From Sphingomonas sp. (GTDB lineage Bacteria > Pseudomonadota > Alphaproteobacteria > Sphingomonadales > Sphingomonadaceae): DNA of 44,710 bases. The notes under the pieces are model-generated. The model was not told the origin of the DNA and ran no database searches. It saw only the letters and a list, made by a program, of their open reading frames with translations. Positions 35,806-44,710 of this stretch are shown piece by piece (within the stretch, counting starts at the first letter, position 1; each line of letters opens with the position of its first letter). A program made the translations under genes and the position numbers. Location: NCBI GenBank assembly GCA_031364345.1, contig JANLWD010000118.1:1-44710 (forward strand). The letters run 5' to 3'.

Positions 35806-37280
35806 CAATAAGTTCCTTGAGCGGGGCGCGAGGTAACCGCACGAGCAGGGGCGGTAAAACCGCCGCCAAGCGCACGAACCAAAGCAATATCGAGTGCAAT
35901 GCGTCGTGACTCATTTTCGGCAAGCAGGCGCCGGACTTCGACCAGAATGTCGTCGGCCTGTAAAACGGCAAACTGGCTGGACAATCCGCCGCGGTATCGC
36001 AATGTTGCGATGCGCCGCGCGTTTTGTGCAGAATCCACCGATGTGTGCAGCGCGCGCGACTGTTCAGCAACGGATCGGCGGCTCGCGATGACATCGGCTA
36101 CCTCACGTAAAGCACTGATCAGCGTGGCATCATATCGCGCCACTGCCAGTTCATAGTCGGCGCGCGCGCCGCGATATCGAGCCTGAAGCGGTGCCGTTGC
36201 AAAAATCGGCAACGTGATCGCAAGGCCACCATTGCCGTTCGTCGAACCCGATGTGACGAGTCTGTCGAGCCCCAAAGACTGAACGCCTGCGAGCAGGTTC
36301 AAGCTGATATTCGGGTAAAAACTTGCACGCGCGACTTTGATCCGGTCCGCGGCAGCCTCCGCACGAATGCGTGCTGCTGCAATATCGGGCCGCCGTCCGA
36401 TGAGCGCGACGCCAGCATCGGCCGGAATGCCATCGGTCAGGGGGGTCATCGACGGTGCAGCGACCGACTGCCCCCGATCGGGACCTGCGCCAACGAGTGC
36501 AGCGATTCGGTTTTTTGTTATCGCAATGCCTTCGTCGAGTGCTGTGAGTTGCGCACGAGCAAGGGGAACGCGGGCATCGGCAGCAGCAATTGCACCTTGG
36601 TTATCGACACCCGCTGCGACGCGTTCGGCAGTCAGCTTTGCCGTTCGCATACGCACGTCGAGCGCATCGGCGGCAACGGCGCGCGCAATGTGAAAACGGT
36701 CAAGGTCCGCCAGCGCGGTGCCAACGCCTGTCGTCAGCAGCAATATGGCCTGTTCCTGGTCGATCCGCGCCGCTTCGGCTTCGCCCCGGGCCGCCGATAA
36801 TGCAGCACGGTTTTTGCCCCACAGGTCGAGATCAAAGTCCAGCTGCGCCGCGACTGACCCGGTCTCGTTGATGCCTTTGGGAACGAAAGCCGGCGGGATG
36901 CCGAGATTTTCCGATTGTTTGCTGCCACCAATCCGCGTCGATGCGCTGACCAGTGGTCCGGTCGCAACTGCCGCTTGCTGTGCCAGCGCGTCGGCAGCCC
37001 GGATCCGTGCCGTTGCTGCCGCGACGTCCGGCGCATTCTTCAACGCCTCGGTGATCAATGCGTTCAAAATGGGGCTGTTGAACTGCGTCCACCATTCGTC
37101 AGTCGGCCAGGCGGTCGTCGGTGCGGCAAAAGATTTCGCCGAGGCAAGCGTAGCCGTATCGCGCAACTGTGGGGACGGCGCGACGCGGGGCAAGGGCGCG
37201 CAACCCGATACGACTGCCGCAATGAAAGCGCTGCACAACAACGATGCACAGAATAAGGGGCGACCGGAATGATACTGCAC
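35805..37280 (-). CDS. Efflux outer-membrane factor lipoprotein (NodT family)
   Basis: Lipobox VSGC; WWTQFNSPILN, DLDLWGKNR, LIGRRPDI, FYPNISL, LVRALGGG. GTG start at 37280 is inferred. Confidence 0.9.
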   Translation of the reverse strand: MQYHSGRPLFCASLLCSAFIAAVVSGCAPLPRVAPSPQLRDTATLASAKSFAAPTTAWPTDEWWTQFNSPILNALITEALKNAPDVAAATARIRAADALAQQAAVATGPLVSASTRIGGSKQSENLGIPPAFVPKGINETGSVAAQLDFDLDLWGKNRAALSAARGEAEAARIDQEQAILLLTTGVGTALADLDRFHIARAVAADALDVRMRTAKLTAERVAAGVDNQGAIAAADARVPLARAQLTALDEGIAITKNRIAALVGAGPDRGQSVAAPSMTPLTDGIPADAGVALIGRRPDIAAARIRAEAAADRIKVARASFYPNISLNLLAGVQSLGLDRLVTSGSTNGNGGLAITLPIFATAPLQARYRGARADYELAVARYDATLISALREVADVIASRRSVAEQSRALHTSVDSAQNARRIATLRYRGGLSSQFAVLQADDILVEVRRLLAENESRRIALDIALVRALGGGFTAPARAVTSRPAQGTY

Positions 37281-37287
37281 AGTATCA
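37270..37287. promoter_or_regulatory. Putative TetR operator 1 (TGATAC-TGCACA-GTATCA)
   Basis: Inverted repeat; second copy 55 bp away; lies between divergent tetR and efflux genes. Confidence 0.7.
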
Positions 37288-37324
37288 CTTGATTGACATC
37301 CGACAAAACAGTTGTCAATTGCAA

Positions 37325-37342
37325 TGATACGACATGGTATCA
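37325..37342. promoter_or_regulatory. Putative TetR operator 2 (TGATAC-GACATG-GTATCA)
   Basis: Same 6-6-6 palindrome; fills the spacer of a candidate TTGCAA-N18-TATAAA promoter for tetR. Confidence 0.7.
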
Positions 37343-37365
37343 TATAAATTTCCAGCCGAAAGTCG

Positions 37366-38034
37366 ATGTTCCCTCAAGAAGTGATTATCCCATCGAATAA
37401 AGACGTGCGTGAGGCGCGACGTGCGGAAGTTCGTGCGCGGTTCGTCACGGCCGCGCGTGATCTGTTTTTTACGCATGGGTACGGCGCGACAGCGATGTCT
37501 TCGGTGGCGGCACGTGTAGGCGGATCAAAGACGACGTTATGGGCCTATTTCCCGTCGAAAGAGGCATTGTTCGCCGCCGTAGTCGATGATCTGATCGAAC
37601 CATATGGTGCAGAGCTTGCCGAGCCGATCGATCCGACTTTGCCGGTCGCCGAAGCGTTCGCGCGGTTTGGACGTTCGCTTCTGATCGTTACCCTCACGCC
37701 ACAAATGCTCGAGTTGCAGCGGCTCGTTATCGGCGAAGCAGGGCGTTTTCCCGAACTCGGTGCAACTATGTTCGACCGTGGGCCGCGACGAGGACAGGCA
37801 AAACTTGCGCGATATATCGAAGCAGCGATGGCCGATGGCCGGATGAAGCCCGGCGACCCCGAAACACTGGCCCGGCAATTTGCGTTCCTGTGTCAGTGTC
37901 ACACGCATCGAAGTCGTGTCTATGGACAAATTCAGCACGTCGATCGTGAAATGATCGAAGCGGACGTCGTTGCCGCTGTTAACACAGCGGTCGCTGCGTG
38001 GACGCCAACAGCAATCGATTGCATCAAGACGTAA
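37366..38034 (+). CDS. TetR/AcrR family transcriptional regulator
   Basis: AARDLFFTHGYGATAMSSVAARVGGSKTTLWAYFPSKEALF; RLVIGEAGRFPELG. Confidence 0.94.
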   Translation: MFPQEVIIPSNKDVREARRAEVRARFVTAARDLFFTHGYGATAMSSVAARVGGSKTTLWAYFPSKEALFAAVVDDLIEPYGAELAEPIDPTLPVAEAFARFGRSLLIVTLTPQMLELQRLVIGEAGRFPELGATMFDRGPRRGQAKLARYIEAAMADGRMKPGDPETLARQFAFLCQCHTHRSRVYGQIQHVDREMIEADVVAAVNTAVAAWTPTAIDCIKT

Positions 38035-38036
38035 CA

Positions 38037-38062
38037 GTCGCCGCGACCAGAGCCGCGGCGAC
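38037..38062. other. GC-rich hairpin after tetR stop
   Basis: GTCGCCGCG-ACCAGAGC-CGCGGCGAC, 9-bp perfect stem. No U-tract, so not called a terminator. Confidence 0.4.
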
Positions 38063-38276
38063 CGGCGAACCCTTAAGGGACTTGCAGGTGACGGCCGGGT
38101 CGCATCGAACAAACGCCAACGCCCGGACGTCGCGGTTGGCCATTAGCGATTTTGTTTCGGTTTCGCTGTTAACAATTGTAAACGTCGGCTTCGCTGACAT
38201 GACACCATCGACCGATCACCCTACGGCCTACGAAGATCCCGGCATGCCGGGTCCGGATGTTGATGGGGTTTTGACG

Positions 38277-38972
38277 ATGCGTATTGCGATCGCCGACGAC
38301 GACCCCACCGCGCGCGACCATATCCAGCGGCTGTTGCATGCGCACGGCTATCCCTGCTCGTCTTTCGCTTCGGGCGAAGAGATGATTACTGCACTCCAGC
38401 GCGATACGTTCGATCTGCTCATTGTCGACTGGAACATGCCCGGGCTTTCCGGGCTCGATGTCCTTTCGTGGCTGGGTGCAAATGCCGTGGTCCGGCCCTC
38501 GGTCATCATGATGACGAACCGCTCGGACAAAGCCGATATCGTGCGCGGCCTCGATGCCGGCGCGGACGACTACATCGTTAAGCCCGAGGAGGATAAAATC
38601 GTCGTCGCGCGTGTCGTTGCTCGTCTGCGCGACTGGAAAGCCGTCGATGCCGACCTGCGCACGATTACTTTTGGCAGCTATGTGTTCGACAAGCTCGACA
38701 ATTCGGTCCTTGTGTTGGGAAACCGGGTCGAGCTGACGGCAAAAGAATTTGCGCTTGCGCGTGCTTTTTTCGAAAATAAGCATCGTCCACTTTCGCGCGC
38801 ATACATCCTTGAAACGATCTGGAATTCGGTCGGCGATTTGCCCACGCGCACTCTTGACGTCCATGTTTCACGCATACGCAACAAGTTGAAACTGAAGCCG
38901 GAAAACGGCTTTCGCCTCCATACGATTTTCGGTTTCGGTTACCGGCTGGAAAGTTTTGATGATGCGGTTTGA
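38277..38972 (+). CDS. OmpR/PhoB family response regulator
   Basis: MRIAIADDD, DLLIVDWNMPGLSG, GADDYIVKP; winged helix LTAKEF...RTLDVHVSRIRNKL...TIFGFGYRL. Confidence 0.95.
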   Translation: MRIAIADDDPTARDHIQRLLHAHGYPCSSFASGEEMITALQRDTFDLLIVDWNMPGLSGLDVLSWLGANAVVRPSVIMMTNRSDKADIVRGLDAGADDYIVKPEEDKIVVARVVARLRDWKAVDADLRTITFGSYVFDKLDNSVLVLGNRVELTAKEFALARAFFENKHRPLSRAYILETIWNSVGDLPTRTLDVHVSRIRNKLKLKPENGFRLHTIFGFGYRLESFDDAV

Positions 38973-40278
38973 CCGTGCGCTGCTTGCTGGCATTGCATTG
39001 GCGTGCGCCGGACCGGTTGTTGCTCAGGCACAGATTTCCGAAACCGTCCGCTATACGGTCCGCCGCGGTGACACGCTTTTGGGCCTGACGGCGCAATATC
39101 TTTACGGACCTGCGGCGTATCGGACGCTCGTGGCATCAAATCGATTGCCGGACACCGAACGGATATATCCGGGCAATGTTCTGAATATCCCGGTCGCAAT
39201 CATGCGCAGCACGCCGCTCGAGGCTCGAGTGACAAGCTTCAAAGGCAATGTTTCGATCGTCCAGCGTGGTAAGCCGGTACCAATTGCAATGGGCATGGCG
39301 GTCCGCGTCGGCGATGTCGTTCAAACCGCCGCCGATGGATTTGTGACGATCCTGTTGTCGAATGGGTCGCGTATGACGCTGCCGACGCAGACCCGAATTC
39401 GCGTCATGCAGATGCGGCAATTAATTCTGACAAAGAGCACCGACTTCGACTTCATGGTCGAACAGGGGCGGACTGAATTATCGGTGACCCCAGCAACCAG
39501 CCCGAACAATCTGTTCCGGCTGCGCACACCGATCGCGGTTTCTGCGGTTCGTGGGACAAAATTCCGTATCGGCTATGGCGACTTAGGGGGTCCTTCGCTG
39601 ACCGAAGTCATCGACGGAACGGTTGCAGTAAACGGTGCGAATCCTTCGATATCCACGGCGCTGGTACCCGCGGGTTTCGGCGCCGCTGCATCCGCGAATG
39701 GTGATCTCGGTACCGAAGCATTGCTGCCGGCACCTGTGATTATCGATTCGGGCAAGCTGTGGCGCAACCGATTGCTCGATTTCGAACTGGTGCCCGTGGC
39801 AACGGCACGCGGATATCGCCTGCAAATCGCTCGTGATGAGGCATTCGAAAATCTTGTTGCCGAAACGCGCAGCCCAGGTCCCCGATTGCGGATTGGCAGA
39901 ATCGATGACGGCACTTATTTTGCGCGCGCGACAGCGATTGCGCCGAGCGGGCTTGAGGGGCTTTCGCAAACTGCGGCCATAAAACGCGCAATTGCGCCAT
40001 TGACCGCGGTCGTCGAAACCGATGGCCGCCACCATTATTTCGCCTGGCAAACCGATGGACGGGGCAATCCCGTTTTTCGTTTTCAGCTTTTTGCGGACCG
40101 GATCGACGGGGTCCCCGTCATCAACGAAACCGGGATGACAACATATGACATGACGATCGGTGGCCTCGGTGCGGGCCGTTATCTGTGGCGGGTGGGAATG
40201 CAGCGGGTCGCCGACGGAAGGATCGAGGAGATCTGGACCGAACCCGAACAACTACAAATTCCCGCGCAGGAACAATAG
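38962..40278 (+). CDS. Exported LysM + FecR domain protein with C-terminal Ig/FN3-like regions
   Basis: Signal peptide; LysM YTVRRGDTL...IYPGNVLNIP; FecR-like GDVVQTAADG...LRTPIAVSAVRGTKFRI...TEVIDGTVAV; YRLQIARD...GTYFAR. Overlaps the RR stop. Confidence 0.85.
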   Translation: MRFDRALLAGIALACAGPVVAQAQISETVRYTVRRGDTLLGLTAQYLYGPAAYRTLVASNRLPDTERIYPGNVLNIPVAIMRSTPLEARVTSFKGNVSIVQRGKPVPIAMGMAVRVGDVVQTAADGFVTILLSNGSRMTLPTQTRIRVMQMRQLILTKSTDFDFMVEQGRTELSVTPATSPNNLFRLRTPIAVSAVRGTKFRIGYGDLGGPSLTEVIDGTVAVNGANPSISTALVPAGFGAAASANGDLGTEALLPAPVIIDSGKLWRNRLLDFELVPVATARGYRLQIARDEAFENLVAETRSPGPRLRIGRIDDGTYFARATAIAPSGLEGLSQTAAIKRAIAPLTAVVETDGRHHYFAWQTDGRGNPVFRFQLFADRIDGVPVINETGMTTYDMTIGGLGAGRYLWRVGMQRVADGRIEEIWTEPEQLQIPAQEQ

Positions 40279-40281
40279 ACC

Positions 40282-42468
40282 TTGTTGCGCAATCTGCTCG
40301 TGGTTGAGTGGGTCGTCGTCTCAGTGCTGGGAATGTTGATCGCGGGCGGAGCAGCATGGTCCGGCATTGCTTCGAAACTCGATAATCTGCTGCTCGATGT
40401 TGCGATGCCGCTGCGGGTCGCGCCGATCGACGATCGTATCCTGATTGTCGAAATCGATAACGAAAGCCTCGCAAAGCTGGGCAACTTCCCGTGGCCGCGC
40501 CGGACGCACGCGCAATTTCTCGATCGCGTGAAACGGGCTGGTCCGCGTGTCATCGCATATGACATTCTTTTTCTCGAACCGACGAATGCGATCGATGATG
40601 CCGCTCTTGCAACCGCCGTCGGTCGAGGCGCGCCTACGCTCTTGCCGGTTCTGTATCAGGTGCCTGGAACCAACGGCGCTACCGAGGATATCACGTTGCC
40701 GATCGATCCATTGCCCGATGTCGCGGCGGGGCTGGGCGAAGTCAATCTGCTCTTTGACAGCGATGGCCTGGTTCGTCGGCCCCAGCTCCAAACCAATGCC
40801 GCCGGACAAACGGTGCCGCATCTGATGGAGCTCGTCTATCGCATTGTCACTGCCCGGCCGTCGCCCGCGCACACCCGCGCCCGGCAGCGAACAGAGGCTG
40901 ACGAAGGCCTTTATTTGCCGATGGCTCCCGTCGGGTCGTTTCGGCACATATCCTACGCCGCGGTGCTTTCGGGCGAACTGCCCGCACAATTTTTGAAAGA
41001 CCGTGTGATCCTTGTCGGTGCGACGGCCGACGGGATGGGCGACCGATATTCGGTCTCGGCGATGGCGGGAAGCTCGATGGCGGGCATCGAAATTCAGGCC
41101 AATCTGCTTAACGCGCTGTTCGCGGATCGTTTTGTCCGGCCACTGCCGCTCAACTTGGCTACCGTGCTCAGCGTAGCGCCGGTCATTCTCCTGATGTTGC
41201 TGTTCTGGCGATTTCGACCGGCGGCCGGCTTGCCACTGGCCTTGGCGATGATCGCGCTTGTCATTGTTGCCGCTTTCGCGATGCTCGCGATCGGCGGGCT
41301 GTGGTTTGCGCCTGTTTCGGCATTGACGGGGATCATGGTGGTCTATCCGTTATGGAGCTGGCGCCGGCTCGCCACGGTCAGTCGGTTCATGACCAAGCAA
41401 GTTGATTTCCTGCGCAGTGAAAAAGATGGTGTTTTTTCTCCGTCACCGGCGACTGTGCGACTGGATCATGTCGGTCGGGACGCAGCCGAACTCGAACGGA
41501 TGATCGGCGACGCGACCGATCGCAAAAGATTTGTGACCGACATCATTGCCGCGGTGCCCGATGCGATTTGTGTTCTGGACGACAGCGGTATCATATTGCT
41601 CGCCAACGCGGCCGCACGCGACTTTTTCGGTGACTCGGTCGAAGGGTCGCCAATGACCCACATCCTTGCCGATGCCGGAATCGGTACGATTGGTGATGGC
41701 GACGAAGCGATCCTCACGAACGGACGGAGTATCCAAATGCGCAAAGCAGATTTCGCCGACCGCTCGGGCTCGGTGATGATTTTTGCTGATACGACCGCGA
41801 TCCGCGCGCTTGGGCGCGAACGAGAGGAAATGCTCGAATTTCTGTCACATGACATGCGCGCGCCGCAGTCGGCTATCCTCATGCTTCTTGCCGATACCGC
41901 TGCGCTTGATGGCCCGGCTCAGGCGCGAATTGCCGAAAATGCGAAGAAAACCCTGAAACTTGCAGACAGCTTCGTGCAGCTTGCACGCTTGAAAAATGTC
42001 GATTTTGTGATGGCTGATGTGGATATTGCGGCGATCGTTACCGAAGCGGTCGACGCCTGTTGGCCGCAAGCAAGGGCTCAACGGATCAAGATCCGGACCG
42101 ATGGGCTCGAAAGTGAGGCATTTATTCGCGGCGACGCCGATACGCTGGTGCGCGCGATATCCAATCTCGTCGACAACGCGATCAAATACAGCCCGCACGG
42201 CTCTGACATCCGCTGTGTCGTCGCACCAAACCATGAACATGTCACTGTCACGATTTCGGACGACGGTCCCGGCTTGCCGCCCGAACGTGCGAGCGACATT
42301 TTCGCGCGGTTCGGCGATCGGGGCGGAACGGCGATCGGTGGTAGCGGGCTTGGCCTCGCATTCGTTCACATGGTCATTCAACGACATAACGGTGAAATAT
42401 CGTGCCGAAATACGCTAGGTGCAGGCGCTTGTTTCACCTTGCGGTTCGCGCTCGCGAACCCGATTTAA
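40282..42468 (+). CDS. CHASE2-domain sensor histidine kinase (CHASE2, 3 TM, PAS, HisKA, HATPase)
   Basis: IVEIDNESL..LGNFPWPR, YDILFLEP, DSDGLVRR, ILVGATA, MAGIEIQAN; H-box LSHDMRAP; NLVDNAIKYS, DDGPG, GSGLGL. Confidence 0.93.
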   Translation: MLRNLLVVEWVVVSVLGMLIAGGAAWSGIASKLDNLLLDVAMPLRVAPIDDRILIVEIDNESLAKLGNFPWPRRTHAQFLDRVKRAGPRVIAYDILFLEPTNAIDDAALATAVGRGAPTLLPVLYQVPGTNGATEDITLPIDPLPDVAAGLGEVNLLFDSDGLVRRPQLQTNAAGQTVPHLMELVYRIVTARPSPAHTRARQRTEADEGLYLPMAPVGSFRHISYAAVLSGELPAQFLKDRVILVGATADGMGDRYSVSAMAGSSMAGIEIQANLLNALFADRFVRPLPLNLATVLSVAPVILLMLLFWRFRPAAGLPLALAMIALVIVAAFAMLAIGGLWFAPVSALTGIMVVYPLWSWRRLATVSRFMTKQVDFLRSEKDGVFSPSPATVRLDHVGRDAAELERMIGDATDRKRFVTDIIAAVPDAICVLDDSGIILLANAAARDFFGDSVEGSPMTHILADAGIGTIGDGDEAILTNGRSIQMRKADFADRSGSVMIFADTTAIRALGREREEMLEFLSHDMRAPQSAILMLLADTAALDGPAQARIAENAKKTLKLADSFVQLARLKNVDFVMADVDIAAIVTEAVDACWPQARAQRIKIRTDGLESEAFIRGDADTLVRAISNLVDNAIKYSPHGSDIRCVVAPNHEHVTVTISDDGPGLPPERASDIFARFGDRGGTAIGGSGLGLAFVHMVIQRHNGEISCRNTLGAGACFTLRFALANPI

Positions 42469-42953
42469 CGCGTGGCCGTCGTGTTGCGTATTTTGGCCAG
42501 CGCGACGCGGGACAGTAGCGCTGCGGTCTGATCCGTGAGGTCTGGGCAACGCGTCGCTTCGGCTTGACCCTGATATACCGGGCGTCCTGTGCGGACGTCG
42601 GTTATGACCACGCTCAGGCGCTGAATACGCTGCGAACAAATCGCAAGTGCCGGCGGCTTGGTATTTGCCGAATTCAGGCTACCTTCGGTTTCGAATTGAA
42701 CAGTCAGCGGCCGCTCGCTGTAGGCGGCGTCAACCGCGTAGGCGCCAGTGTCGCCGACGCGGTAGCCATTGTTCGTCAACGTCATAGCAACTGCCGAACG
42801 AACCTGCGGCAACGGGGCGGAGATCGTCAGGACAGCGTTTTTCGGAATATCGGTTCCCGCTGGCAAAATACCATTGCCGCTGGACGTGACGCACGCAGCA
42901 AGCGCAACCGGAAGTATAATCGACGCAGCATTGATCAAACGCATGTTCATCAT
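42465..42953 (-). CDS. Hypothetical lipoprotein (DUF4136-like C-terminus)
   Basis: GAGG RBS before ATG 42953; lipobox LAAC; RLSVVITDVRTGRPVYQGQA. Confidence 0.65.
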   Translation of the reverse strand: MMNMRLINAASIILPVALAACVTSSGNGILPAGTDIPKNAVLTISAPLPQVRSAVAMTLTNNGYRVGDTGAYAVDAAYSERPLTVQFETEGSLNSANTKPPALAICSQRIQRLSVVITDVRTGRPVYQGQAEATRCPDLTDQTAALLSRVALAKIRNTTATR

Positions 42954-43026
42954 GTGTCGTCCTCTGATCACTTTGTCGATCATCAAATGGAGCCGCGCGC
43001 ACTTGCAGCACGTTAGCCAAAAAGGT

Positions 43027-44709
43027 TTATCGACGACCCAAACCAAGGGCACCGAGGCTGTTTTGATCGAACTTCAGCCGCAGCGTCACATAAGGCCCAC
43101 TGCGCGTATATTGTGTATCGGCGTAATCGCGATCGTTGAACCCGACGACGTTATATCCGACCGTGATGTAGCTGTTTTCGAACGGTGACAGGCCGATCGA
43201 TGGGCCACCCGAATAGCTGATCGCACGCCCGCCATTGCTTTCGCGGATGGTCGCAGTGGCGCCGAAGTCGACGGTTTCGGACAAGTCGAACCGGATATCG
43301 GCGCCAACGACGTTGGACCAGCCCGACAGATCATCCTGATCGATCCGGTCAGCGACGTAGCGACTTCCCCAGAAGAACGAGACTTCGCTGCGTCCCAGGT
43401 ACCGGCCCTCTGACTTCGTCACTGGCGACCAGTTGATGCTAAGACTGTTGATCACGCGCTTCGAACTTGCATTGCCGTTGACCAGCAGTGGCGCGCCGCC
43501 GATCGGGCCCGGTAGGCCAATCACTGCACCGTTGACGCTGTCGCTGCGCAATTCGAGCTTTTCGAGCCACGACCAGCGGCTGTCATCGGGGCGGTTGGCC
43601 CAGCTGAGCGACAGCGATGTCGCCTGTGTCGTCGGTGCGGCTTTGCCGTTTGCGCGGAACCAGCTGAACTGTCCGCCGAACACGCGCCCTTCACCAAGCT
43701 GGCGCAATGCCGATACGGTCATGCCATAACGGTCGCTGCGGTCGCCCGCGCGAAATTCGCCGCGACCAGCCAGACTCCAGCGGTTGCCGCGATAGGTTGC
43801 GCCAAGCGTCATCGCAGTGAAATCTTCGGTCAGCGCCCCGTCGGTGCCCAAGAAACCGCCCGATGCCACCGGCTGTTCACTGTTCAGCACACGCGATGCG
43901 TCAACGCCGCCCAATGTCTTGTTTCCGTCGATTGTGGCATCGAATGTCCAGTTTTTTCCGATCGGCAGCGATTGCGACAGGCCATAGGCCGCAAAACTGC
44001 GCGGTCCATATTCGGCGATCGACTGCTGATTCAGGCTCGTCACGATCCGGCCGCCGTCCCACGGCTTGACATCGAAGCCGACACGCGCGGTTCGCGCATC
44101 GATCGTCTCACCCTTTGCAATTTCGTAGCTGCCAACCAGTGCGATGTCGCGCGTGAACGCGAAGCGGGCGGTTGCACGGTGGCGGGCGGGCACATCGATG
44201 CTCGCGTCTTTGTTTCCCAAGGCAAACTCGGTCTGCGCATCAAGTTCGAGGCGATTACCGATGAACCGTTTGGTGGCACCGAGCTGGACAATGCGCGACT
44301 GTGCCTCGCGACCATCGGCGAGCCGATCGTCAGCCAGCGTAATTCCCGCGCGCAGATCGATCGACTTGCTGCGATATTCGACGCGCGCCTGGCCGGCGCG
44401 GCGTTGCGCGATGCTGCCGAGATAATCTTCCTGCCACGCGCTGCCCACGATCGAAAAGTCGTTGCTCAGCCGCACGCGACCATCGATCCCGAATTTGCGC
44501 GTCCCGGTCTCAGAGGCGTTGATTTGCCCGACGCCAAATCCGCGCTGCTGTTCGCGGGCATAGGCAAAAATGTCGTATTTCGGTCCATGATGTTCGGCTT
44601 CGATCAACCAAGCGTTTGCGACGCCAGCCGGGGTACCGGACACGACCGGTCCGGTTCGCATGCTGGTGTCGCTGCGCGCAAATTCGGCGCGGATCTCGGT
44701 TTGCGCGTT
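43027..44709 (-). CDS. C-terminal part of a large outer-membrane beta-barrel protein; partial, runs off window end
   Basis: Frame open to the window edge; over 560 aa of amphipathic beta-strands; terminal VGYNVVGFNDRDY...GPYVTLRLKFDQ. Resembles giant OM proteins of DUF11-type clusters (from memory, unverified). Confidence 0.75.
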   Translation of the reverse strand, partial: NAQTEIRAEFARSDTSMRTGPVVSGTPAGVANAWLIEAEHHGPKYDIFAYAREQQRGFGVGQINASETGTRKFGIDGRVRLSNDFSIVGSAWQEDYLGSIAQRRAGQARVEYRSKSIDLRAGITLADDRLADGREAQSRIVQLGATKRFIGNRLELDAQTEFALGNKDASIDVPARHRATARFAFTRDIALVGSYEIAKGETIDARTARVGFDVKPWDGGRIVTSLNQQSIAEYGPRSFAAYGLSQSLPIGKNWTFDATIDGNKTLGGVDASRVLNSEQPVASGGFLGTDGALTEDFTAMTLGATYRGNRWSLAGRGEFRAGDRSDRYGMTVSALRQLGEGRVFGGQFSWFRANGKAAPTTQATSLSLSWANRPDDSRWSWLEKLELRSDSVNGAVIGLPGPIGGAPLLVNGNASSKRVINSLSINWSPVTKSEGRYLGRSEVSFFWGSRYVADRIDQDDLSGWSNVVGADIRFDLSETVDFGATATIRESNGGRAISYSGGPSIGLSPFENSYITVGYNVVGFNDRDYADTQYTRSGPYVTLRLKFDQNSLGALGLGRR

Positions 44710-44710
44710 C

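Noticed and set aside
37998-38276. 93-aa N-terminal extension of the response regulator
   Set aside because: Overlaps the tetR end and the hairpin; the receiver domain starts cleanly at 38277.

Overview
GC-rich alphaproteobacterial chromosome segment, most likely Sphingomonadaceae (inferred from gene content: PhyR-NepR-EcfG locus, TonB-dependent receptors, CopAB). Left to right: 3' end of a GT2 glycosyltransferase; two divergent exported hypothetical proteins; a 5'-truncated esterase remnant; a TonB-dependent receptor with a candidate PHO box; copA-copB with a short His-rich upstream ORF; a ~12 kb type I secretion module (two PAS-like/LuxR-HTH regulators, two RTX proteins with no recognisable catalytic domain and a shared C-terminus, TolC, PrtD-type ABC, HlyD-type MFP) whose upstream regions carry a repeated 20-bp palindrome; acs with a second TonB-dependent receptor; an extended general-stress-response cluster (csbD, Fe-SOD, GlsB/YeaQ, HisKA_2 kinase, ecfG, nepR, phyR, GT4 fusion, GH130) with several GGAAC-N17-GTT promoters; a TetR-linked EmrAB-OMF efflux operon; an OmpR regulator + LysM-FecR + CHASE2 kinase operon; a small lipoprotein; and the 3' part of a large outer-membrane protein. 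No rRNA, tRNA, CRISPR array or transposase was seen. Best candidates for poorly described systems: the dual-LuxR/RTX/T1SS module with its palindromes, the LysM-FecR/CHASE2 signalling trio, and the EcfG-linked GT4-GH130 pair. All calls come from reading motifs by eye; no searches were run.
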